Below are positions 57,332 to 64,000 of a stretch of 64,000 bases of DNA, piece after piece. Source of the DNA: a bacterium (GTDB lineage Bacteria; Patescibacteriota; Minisyncoccia; Phycocordibacterales; JAKAEA01); assembly GCA_021785065.1 (NCBI GenBank), contig JAJYGQ010000017.1, positions 925-64,924 on the forward strand. The letters run 5' to 3'. The stretch's first letter is position 1. Every line of letters begins with the position of its first letter. A model generated the notes under the pieces. That model was not told where the DNA came from. It searched no databases and saw only the letters and a list, made by a program, of their open reading frames with translations. The translations under genes were made by a program, and so were the position numbers.

Positions 57332-57413
57332 TGCCGGGAGGGAGAATCGAACTCCCATGGATTGCTCCGCACGATTTTGAGTCGTGTGCGTCTACCAATT
57401 CCGCCATCCCGGC
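57332..57413 (-). tRNA. tRNA-Leu (anticodon CAA)
   Basis: Reverse complement gccgggatggcggaattggtagacgcacacgactcaaaatcgtgcggagcaatccatgggagttcgattctccctcccggca. The anticodon arm cacga-ctCAAaa-tcgtg gives CAA, with a long variable arm and the T-arm gggag-ttcgatt-ctccc. Confidence 0.9.
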
Positions 57414-57503
57414 GTGTTGCGCTCGAATGAGCTCCTCACAGCATACCCGATTTTTGCCGAAAATCAATTTGTGATAAAATATGTGTACGATAATTTTTTA
57501 ACT

Positions 57504-58532
57504 ATGTCCCACTTTCACCAAGATTCCATTTTTTGGATTGATACTGATAAGATCAAGCCGAACCCGTTTCAGCCGCGACGCGAATTTGACCCAGTGGCGC
57601 TGCAGGCCCTTGCGGATTCGATTCGCCAGTATGGTGTGCTGCAGGCTTTGGTGGTGACGCGCAAGGAAGTGGTGAAGCCCGATGGCGGGCTCAACACGGA
57701 ATACGAACTTATTGCCGGTGAGCGCCGTTTGCGCGCCGCGCGTTTAGCTGGCGTGCGCGAAGTGCCGTGTCTCATTAAGGTGGGCGAAGAAAATGATTTA
57801 TTGAAACTTGAGCTTGCGATTATTGAAAATGTGCAGCGTGAAGATTTGAACGCTGTTGACCGAGCCCGCGCCTTTCGCCGTCTTATCGATGAATTTAGTT
57901 TTAAGCAAATGCATATTGCCGAGAAAATCGGTAAGAGCCGCGAGTATGTGGCCAACACGTTACGCATTCTCGATTTGCCTGAAGTGATGCTGGCCGCGGT
58001 TTCGGCGGGTACTATTAGCGAAGGGCATACGCGGCCGCTTTTGATGCTTGCGTCGCGACCGGCCGAGCAAGAAACGCTCTTTAAAGAAATTATTGCTAAG
58101 AAATTAACGGTGCGCGATGCTGAGCGTATTGCTCGCCATATTGCCGTGGAGCGAGCTCATAAAAAGAATCCTCTGTTTGACCAAGATATGATTGATATTG
58201 AGCGCAAGCTTGCCGACACGCTGGGCACGCGCGTGCATATTGAAAAGCGCGAGAGTGGCGGCAAGGTGACCATTGATTTCTTTTCTAAGGACGATTTACA
58301 AATGCTCTTGAATTTGGTGAATGGGACGATGGCGTCGACGGCAGTGGGGGCGGCGGGAGTGACAGGAGCGGCGCAAACACCAGCTGCCACTGGTGCCGTC
58401 GCCCCTGAAACCGTTTCTTCAGAAGTTTCTGAAGCTGCACAACCGGCGCGTGCTGAAGATGACCGAACGCCCGCTGAAATTAAGCAAGAAGAAAACGAGG
58501 ATATCTATTCCATTAAAAATTTCAGTCTATAG
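57504..58532 (+). CDS. parB: ParB/Spo0J-family partition protein with a low-complexity Ala/Gly/Thr then acidic C-terminal tail
   Basis: The track ORF was trimmed to the ATG at 57504 to clear the tRNA. Motifs include IKPNPFQPRREFD, the ParB box GERRLRAARLAG and the HTH LRILDLPE. No parA is adjacent. Confidence 0.75.
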   Translation: MSHFHQDSIFWIDTDKIKPNPFQPRREFDPVALQALADSIRQYGVLQALVVTRKEVVKPDGGLNTEYELIAGERRLRAARLAGVREVPCLIKVGEENDLLKLELAIIENVQREDLNAVDRARAFRRLIDEFSFKQMHIAEKIGKSREYVANTLRILDLPEVMLAAVSAGTISEGHTRPLLMLASRPAEQETLFKEIIAKKLTVRDAERIARHIAVERAHKKNPLFDQDMIDIERKLADTLGTRVHIEKRESGGKVTIDFFSKDDLQMLLNLVNGTMASTAVGAAGVTGAAQTPAATGAVAPETVSSEVSEAAQPARAEDDRTPAEIKQEENEDIYSIKNFSL

Positions 58533-58545
58533 CCTTTAGAAAATT

Positions 58546-60741
58546 TTATTTCTTCTTTCGAGCGAAGCCGCGTGGTTTTTTGGGTTCGCGGAGAATTTGC
58601 AGAGCGCGCTCGAGGCCGATAGTGTAGACATCATCGGTTTTGAGTGAGCGGAAATCGCCGTCGCGGACGATGTAGGGGCCGAAGCGGCCGCTCGACGCCA
58701 CCACTTCTTTGCCGGTGTCAGGATCAATGCCGAGCGTTCGGGGCAAGCTAAGATATTTGAGAGCATCTTCAACAGTCACTGTGCTTGGGTCTTTGGTTTT
58801 GGGAATGCTCGCCATTTTAGGCTTCGCGGCTTTTTGACCCTTTACTTTTTTAGGCATTTCGCCGAGTTGCACATAAGGGCCAAAGCGGCCGATTTTAACG
58901 AAGATAGGAAAATTGCTCGAAGGGTCGGTGCCGATAGGTTTGTCGGTAGCAATTTCTTTACCCTCAAGGGTGAGAGCGCCAGTGCAATCGGGAAAACGAG
59001 AACAGCTTAAAAACTTGCCGTTTTTGCCAAGTTTAATAATCATCGCCGCGCCGCAGGTTGGGCATTTGAATTGGGCCGGGGCGGGGCCAAGGTCGGTGAT
59101 TTTTTTAGAACTTTTTGATTTTTTTTGGATCTCTTTGGTGAAAGGTTTATAGAAGGCGGAAAGCACGGGCACGTATTCTTTTTCGCCGCTAGCAATTTCA
59201 TCGAGCTCATTTTCCATCTCCGCGGTGAACGAATCGCTCACATAGTGGCCAAAATTATTTTCCAAAAAAGTGCTTACCACGTCGCCAGTATCAGTGGGTT
59301 TCAAGGCGCGATCGACTTTTTCCACGTAGCCACGGTCGAGTAGTGTCTTAATAATAGAAGCGTAGGTGCTCGGCCGACCGATGCCGCGCGCTTCGAGCTC
59401 TTTTACCAAGCCCGCTTCAGAGTAGCGTGCCGGTGGCTGGGTTTGTTTTTCATCGGTGTGCATGTCGACGAGCGTTAGTGCATCGCCAGCAGCAACTTTT
59501 GGCAAAATTACATCATCTTGTTGAGCGCTCGGGTCAACGCGCAGCCAGCCGTCGAAAAGAATACGCGAGCCGTTCACGGTGAAGTCGGGGATTTTTTCGG
59601 CGCTCGTGATGTTTGCCGTCACTCTGGTGCGTAGGGTTTTCGCGTCGGCCATTTGCGAAGCCACGGCGCGCTGCCAAATGAGCTGATAGAGTCGCTTCTG
59701 CTCATCGGTGTGGCCGGCGCTCGCTCGGGCCACGCTCGTGGGACGAATCGCTTCGTGTGCCTCTTGAGCGTTTTTGCTCTTGGTGTGGTATTGACGCACT
59801 TCTAAATATTTTTCGCCGTATTCTTTGCGGACGAGGCCGGAAATTTGGCCGATTGCCTGACCGCTGAGGGTGGTGCTGTCGGTGCGCATATAGGTGATGA
59901 GACCGGCCTCATAGAGTTTCTGGGCCACGAGCATAGTACGCGACGGAGAAAAACCAAGGCGCGAGCTCGCCGTTTGCTGGAGGGTGGAGGTGGTAAACGG
60001 CGCTCGCGGCGCGCGCTTCACTTCAGTTTCTTTAATATCAGTAATTTGCCAAGGATTTTTTTGGCCGAGTGCTAAAATTCGCTCCACTTCTTTTTTATCG
60101 CGCGGCTCTTCGGAACAAACGAGCGGCAAAGGTTTTTTATCGGCGGTTTTTGTCTCGGCACTAATCACCCAAAATGTTTCCGGTACGAAGGCGCGAATTT
60201 CTCGCTCACGCTCCATTAAGATGCGCAGGGCAGGTGACTGCACGCGGCCGGCCGAAAGGCCATAGCGTACCTTTTTCCAAATCAAGCCGGAAAGGTCGTA
60301 GCCAACCAGGCGATCCAAAACGCGGCGCGCCTCCTGAGCTTCTTTGAGGCGCATATCTATAGAGCGCGGATGCAGCAAGGCTTCGGCCACGGCGTCTTTG
60401 GTGATTTCGTGGAAGACCACGCGCTGAGGCTTCTTGAGGTGCGCGGCTTGGGCCACGTGCCAAGCAATCGCTTCGCCTTCGCGATCAGGGTCGGTCGCGA
60501 GCAGCACCTCGTCCGCTTTTTTGGCAAGTTGCTCAATCTCGTGCACCACCTTTTCTTTTCCTTTAGAAATTTCGTAGTGTGGCGCGAAGTCGTGCTCAAT
60601 GTCGATAGCTTTTTTATTACTCTTCGGTAAATCGCGGATGTGGCCGACCGACGCCACTACTTCGTAGCGCTCGCCGTTGCCAGCCAAATATTTTGAAATA
60701 GTTTTTGCCTTTGAAGGCGACTCAACGATTAATAACTTCAT
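58546..60741 (-). CDS. topA: DNA topoisomerase I
   Basis: The start MKLLIVESPSKAKTISKYL is the Met at 60741. It has a TOPRIM domain, the active-site Tyr region and a C-terminal zinc ribbon (CPTCGAAMIIKLGKNGKFLSCSRFPDC). Confidence 0.9.
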   Translation of the reverse strand: MKLLIVESPSKAKTISKYLAGNGERYEVVASVGHIRDLPKSNKKAIDIEHDFAPHYEISKGKEKVVHEIEQLAKKADEVLLATDPDREGEAIAWHVAQAAHLKKPQRVVFHEITKDAVAEALLHPRSIDMRLKEAQEARRVLDRLVGYDLSGLIWKKVRYGLSAGRVQSPALRILMEREREIRAFVPETFWVISAETKTADKKPLPLVCSEEPRDKKEVERILALGQKNPWQITDIKETEVKRAPRAPFTTSTLQQTASSRLGFSPSRTMLVAQKLYEAGLITYMRTDSTTLSGQAIGQISGLVRKEYGEKYLEVRQYHTKSKNAQEAHEAIRPTSVARASAGHTDEQKRLYQLIWQRAVASQMADAKTLRTRVTANITSAEKIPDFTVNGSRILFDGWLRVDPSAQQDDVILPKVAAGDALTLVDMHTDEKQTQPPARYSEAGLVKELEARGIGRPSTYASIIKTLLDRGYVEKVDRALKPTDTGDVVSTFLENNFGHYVSDSFTAEMENELDEIASGEKEYVPVLSAFYKPFTKEIQKKSKSSKKITDLGPAPAQFKCPTCGAAMIIKLGKNGKFLSCSRFPDCTGALTLEGKEIATDKPIGTDPSSNFPIFVKIGRFGPYVQLGEMPKKVKGQKAAKPKMASIPKTKDPSTVTVEDALKYLSLPRTLGIDPDTGKEVVASSGRFGPYIVRDGDFRSLKTDDVYTIGLERALQILREPKKPRGFARKKK

Positions 60742-60850
60742 ACAGTGTCTACCATTAATACTACGAGCGGCTTTTTTTGGCAAATTTTGCACGAGTAAAA
60801 CAGGGGATAGCGCTTAGAAAAATTTTGAGAAAAAGTTTTCGAAAATTTTA

Positions 60851-62023
60851 TTATAAACCGCCCAAATTTACTCCATGCTGCTGAGCGTGACCGACAGCGT
60901 TCCCATTGTCTTGACCCTTACCAGGATGAATCCAATCGGTTACTGATGCGCCACTTTGTTGGGCAGAATGAACGAGGTTGCTAATAGGGTCGCCGTTGCT
61001 ACTATTCTGTCCATTATTTTGACTATCGTTCTGGTTGAAATTTTGATTGTTATGCTGCGGCTGGTATGAATTTTCTGATGCACTATTTTGTGCGGATGTT
61101 GTTGTGGAAGCTGAAGAAGCGATACGTGCCGAAATAAAACTTGGTATTTTTTCTTGCGGTTGATTAATTGAAGCGTGGAATATTTGCTGGTGTCCGTGAT
61201 CTTTACCAGGACCAGGATTAGAAACTTCTACTGTTGTGCTGGCGGTGTTTGCTTGCGAACTTGTGGCAGCACTTTGATTAGTATTTTGTTGGGCATTAAT
61301 TTGCTCATGTATTTGTAGGCCAAAAGCATGGCCGTGGCTGCGGGCTATGGCGTCGAGCTGATTGAGGATTTGGGCGTGAGCATCCATATTTGCTTGAAAT
61401 TGGGCGCTAATATTTTGCGCCTGACTCGGATTGGTTTTAACAATCGAAGCGAGAGCGGTGTTGAGTGCTGCAGTGTGTTGAGCGAGCAAGTCAGAAAGTT
61501 GCTGCTCTTTCGCACTGTTGAGCTGGCCGGTTTTTGCTAGCATCTCGCCTTCTTGGAGGCGTTCGTTAGCAAAACTTACCGCGAGCGCCGCTTTAGCAGC
61601 TGGTGAAAATGCCAATGCTTCTTGCAGTGGTTCAGTCACATCAATTTTAACAGGGTAGAGAATATCGCCGGGGACGCTGCCTTGGGCAGCAAAAGCTACG
61701 CCGGTTCCAGAACAGATGAGAATGAGTACCGCAGCAACAAAAGCGTAGGTAAAACGTTGCTGGCGAGGGATAAAACCAACCGCCGATTTAAATCCTGAAG
61801 TAGTCCACAGGGCGATTGACGTCACGCTCCACCAACTTGCGGTTTTTCCTGTCGCGCTCGGCGAAGTGCGATCAAAGACACGCGAAAGCATTGCCCGCTT
61901 TTCGTCGCGCGTTAAATGGGTTTTGCGAAGCTCGCGCGCTCCAGCACGCACGCGTTCGTCGAGTTTCGGATTACCAGTATGCGGTTGAAATGAATGATTG
62001 TTCATAATTTTATGCGACGGCAT
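60851..62023 (-). CDS. Putative anti-sigma factor: membrane protein with a DUF5667-like extracytoplasmic domain and a Gln/Asn/Ser-rich tail
   Basis: One TM helix (FTYAFVAAVLILICSGTGVAFAA) is followed by PGDILYPVKIDVTEPLQEAL, which is DUF5667-like, and a low-complexity Q/N/S tail. The start overlaps the ECF sigma stop by 14 nt. Confidence 0.45.
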   Translation of the reverse strand: MPSHKIMNNHSFQPHTGNPKLDERVRAGARELRKTHLTRDEKRAMLSRVFDRTSPSATGKTASWWSVTSIALWTTSGFKSAVGFIPRQQRFTYAFVAAVLILICSGTGVAFAAQGSVPGDILYPVKIDVTEPLQEALAFSPAAKAALAVSFANERLQEGEMLAKTGQLNSAKEQQLSDLLAQHTAALNTALASIVKTNPSQAQNISAQFQANMDAHAQILNQLDAIARSHGHAFGLQIHEQINAQQNTNQSAATSSQANTASTTVEVSNPGPGKDHGHQQIFHASINQPQEKIPSFISARIASSASTTTSAQNSASENSYQPQHNNQNFNQNDSQNNGQNSSNGDPISNLVHSAQQSGASVTDWIHPGKGQDNGNAVGHAQQHGVNLGGL

Positions 62024-62585
62024 CGCCGTGAATAGTGTAGCCAGTTTGCTCGCGCAATTTTTTCAGCGCCCGATTGATGCGGACGGAGGTGGCGTTGGTT
62101 GATATGCCTAGTATCTCGCCAATTTCGCCCGGCGGCAAACCTTCCACAAATCGCAGATAGAGCACCTGGCGGTCGCTCGGCTCGAGGGCGTTAATCTGCT
62201 CGAGGAGGAAACGGCCCTCGGCGCCGACAGGCATATGCTCCGCTGTTGCCGCAAAAGACGTTTCGTCGGGCACATCGGCGGTGTCGTGCTCATCGTCATC
62301 GCTCGTAAGCGCCTCAAGCGACACACTTTTGCGCGCGCGGTACCAATCTATAATAAGGTGATTGGCGACGGTGAATAAAAACGCGCGGGGATTGTGCATA
62401 GGCTTTGCCGTTTCCGGCTCCTCCTCATTTTTTAAAAACGTTTTCCAAAGTCGCACAAATGTCTCCTCGGCAATATCCATCGCGTGCTCGCGATCGGAAA
62501 CTCGGGCCAGGCAGAAGCGAAAAATAGCATCAACTTGGGCGTTGTAGATTTCGGTAAATTGTTTTTTAAGGCTTTCTATAGACAT
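62010..62585 (-). CDS. ECF-subfamily RNA polymerase sigma-70 factor
   Basis: Region 2 is FTEIYNAQVDAIFRFCLARVSDREHAMDIAEETFVRLWK and region 4 is RQVLYLRFVEGLPPGEIGEILGISTNATSVRINRALKKL. Confidence 0.8.
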   Translation of the reverse strand: MSIESLKKQFTEIYNAQVDAIFRFCLARVSDREHAMDIAEETFVRLWKTFLKNEEEPETAKPMHNPRAFLFTVANHLIIDWYRARKSVSLEALTSDDDEHDTADVPDETSFAATAEHMPVGAEGRFLLEQINALEPSDRQVLYLRFVEGLPPGEIGEILGISTNATSVRINRALKKLREQTGYTIHGDAVA

Positions 62586-62736
62586 ATAACGTTGGGAGAG
62601 GCTATTCTTTACCTAACAATAAAATACATTCTCCATTTCGTCTAGGTAAGGAATATGGCGGCGCAACGTTATTTTAGAGGTATCACCACACGGTCACAAG
62701 CTGTTGATATCATTTATCACTAATTTATTTTTTATT

Positions 62737-63639
62737 ATGAACATTCGTTTTACTCATATTTTCGGTGGTGTAGTTGCGGCGACACTTTTTGCTGCGCTAC
62801 CTTTCGCTGCATTCGCGGATGCACCAAGTATGCCGGGCCACGGTCATGGTCGCGGTCACGCCTATGGTCTTATTGGTAAAGAAGTTGTGGCGAATGAAGA
62901 TACTACTTCTACCGAGAGTGAATTCCATAATTTTCTCGGCTCATTCCATGGTCTTTCAAAATATTTTGCGCCACAGCATGCCGTGTTTAATGACGACCGA
63001 GATGATGCTACCACGACTCTTCCCACTACCAACCTAACCATTACCAATGTTACCGTGAACGAGATCAGCTCAACCACGGCGCGCATCAGCTGGTTTAGCA
63101 ATTTGTCAGGCAATACAGAAGTGTGGCTGGGCACTACAACGCCAGTGAGTAGCTCCAACACGCCAACGCTCGATATCGGCAACAACACCTTCTATCATAC
63201 CGCTACGCTCACCGGACTTACCGCGAGCACGACCTACTACCTAGTAGTGGGTACTAAAGCGAGCGTTAATGGTTCTATGGCCACTTCATCAGGAATTACA
63301 TTCACCACTTCGCCCACGCCCGTTTTAGCTCCTGTCATTCATTCGATCTTTGGACCAACGAGTGTCGTAGCTGGTCAAAGCAATACCTGGACAATCAACG
63401 TGTCCGATGCGAATGCTGGAAATCTTACCTACTTAGTCACATGGGGTGACACTACCGGCACAACGACGCTCGTCTCGGTGAGCACACCGCCAGCCGCGCA
63501 AACCGTTACCTTCAGTCACATCTACGCCAACCCAGGCACGTACACCACCACCTTCTTGATTCGTGACGCTGCTGGTTTAACTGCGAGCTCCTCGATCAAT
63601 ATCATTGCCACCTCAACCGCCACAACAACGTCGAGCTAA
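62737..63639 (+). CDS. Secreted protein with a fibronectin type III domain and a second Ig/PKD-like domain
   Basis: The ATG at 62737 gives the signal peptide MNIRFTHIFGGVVAATLFAALPFAAFA. fn3 features are TITNVTVNEISSTTARISWFS...TYYLVV. Confidence 0.5.
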   Translation: MNIRFTHIFGGVVAATLFAALPFAAFADAPSMPGHGHGRGHAYGLIGKEVVANEDTTSTESEFHNFLGSFHGLSKYFAPQHAVFNDDRDDATTTLPTTNLTITNVTVNEISSTTARISWFSNLSGNTEVWLGTTTPVSSSNTPTLDIGNNTFYHTATLTGLTASTTYYLVVGTKASVNGSMATSSGITFTTSPTPVLAPVIHSIFGPTSVVAGQSNTWTINVSDANAGNLTYLVTWGDTTGTTTLVSVSTPPAAQTVTFSHIYANPGTYTTTFLIRDAAGLTASSSINIIATSTATTTSS

Positions 63640-63691
63640 TGCTCGCGTACTCGCTCTAGCATTAAGCGATTGAGGCAGGCGCCTAAACAAC

Positions 63692-63719
63692 AAAAGCCCT
63701 CCGACGGGGCTTTTGTTTT
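63692..63719. terminator. Bidirectional intrinsic terminator between convergent genes
   Basis: aaaagccc-tccgac-gggcttttgtttt. Confidence 0.5.
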
Positions 63720-63762
63720 GGAAAATATTTTTGAGAAAAATAAATAGCGGTCGCGCGAACGT

Positions 63763-64000
63763 TCATTGGATGCTTTCAATGTCGTGCAAAATCTCGGCGG
63801 CGTGGTTGGCGGGATCGACTTTCGGATAGACGCGCAGGATGGTGCCGGCTTTGTGCGTCGTGCCGCCGACACTCGTATCGCTGGCGGCGATAAGGTAGGA
63901 GACGCGCGCCGTGCCGCCTTTGAACACGCCGCTCTCGCGAATCGCGCCATACGCGCGGATGGTCGCTTTCGTGGGGTCGGCGAGAAGGGTAAACGGCAGA
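63763..64000 (-). CDS. bcp: Thiol peroxidase, Bcp/peroxiredoxin family (C-terminal part; the gene continues beyond the window end)
   Basis: The minus frame ending at the stop (the reverse complement of tca at 63763-63765) translates as LPFTLLADPTKATIRAYGAIRESGVFKGGTARVSYLIAASDTSVGGTTHKAGTILRVYPKVDPANHAAEILHDIESIQ. That is the typical Bcp C-terminus (FPLLSDPD...TFLID..G.I). It is not in the ORF track because the start is missing. Confidence 0.55.
   Translation of the reverse strand, partial: LPFTLLADPTKATIRAYGAIRESGVFKGGTARVSYLIAASDTSVGGTTHKAGTILRVYPKVDPANHAAEILHDIESIQ

Noticed and set aside
57101-57474. Two small plus ORFs (109 and 71 aa) overlapping tRNA-Leu(CAA)
   Set aside because: They overlap the tRNA and the end of the secreted-protein gene and have no protein-like composition.
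63636-63950. 104-aa minus ORF from the track at the window end
   Set aside because: It is an Arg/Ala-rich junk translation. A different minus frame over the same DNA gives a clean Bcp/peroxiredoxin C-terminus ending at 63763, which I annotated instead.

Overview
The window is a gene-dense bacterial chromosome segment. Core genes run about 48-53% GC, with several lower-GC patches. Housekeeping content includes gyrA, gyrB, infB, clpB, dnaE, thrS, topA, smc, rnr, rnc, rnhB, trmD, miaA, rarA, parB, an ECF sigma factor, ribosomal proteins S1 (partial), S16, L32 and L33, a partial bcp, and seven tRNAs: Leu-TAG, Lys-CTT, Leu-TAA, Cys-GCA, Tyr-GTA, Trp-CCA and Leu-CAA. I found no rRNA, no CRISPR array and no recognisable transposase or integrase. 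Several proteins are streamlined. IF2 is 517 aa, ThrRS is 586 aa, SMC is about 764 aa, PheRS looks monomeric (PheS core plus an FDX-ACB domain), and NusB is fused to a NUDIX domain. Together with the surface-protein content this fits a reduced-genome, possibly episymbiotic lineage such as Candidate Phyla Radiation/Patescibacteria; that is an inference, not a demonstrated assignment. The window is unusually rich in cell-surface and attachment genes. These are a tandem array of five VirB2/TrbC-like two-helix pilin paralogs, a 1456-aa adhesin with about ten YDG/MBG-type repeats, and an adjacent dockerin and cohesin pair. There is also a sortase next to a Pro/Thr-rich candidate substrate, a secreted protein with a PEP-CTERM-like tail, and an fn3 secreted protein beside an ECF sigma and anti-sigma pair. 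The most unusual locus is a lower-GC insertion of about 5 kb next to tRNA-Trp. It encodes a 1543-aa protein joining about seven HTH-like repeats, an SNF2-family ATPase and a class I SAM methyltransferase. A 45-nt hairpin-containing direct repeat sits immediately upstream and downstream of that gene. A short AT-rich islet between smc and rnr carries an orphan MazF/EndoA-like toxin with no antitoxin. All calls rest on reading the supplied ORF translations and the raw sequence; no database searches were run.
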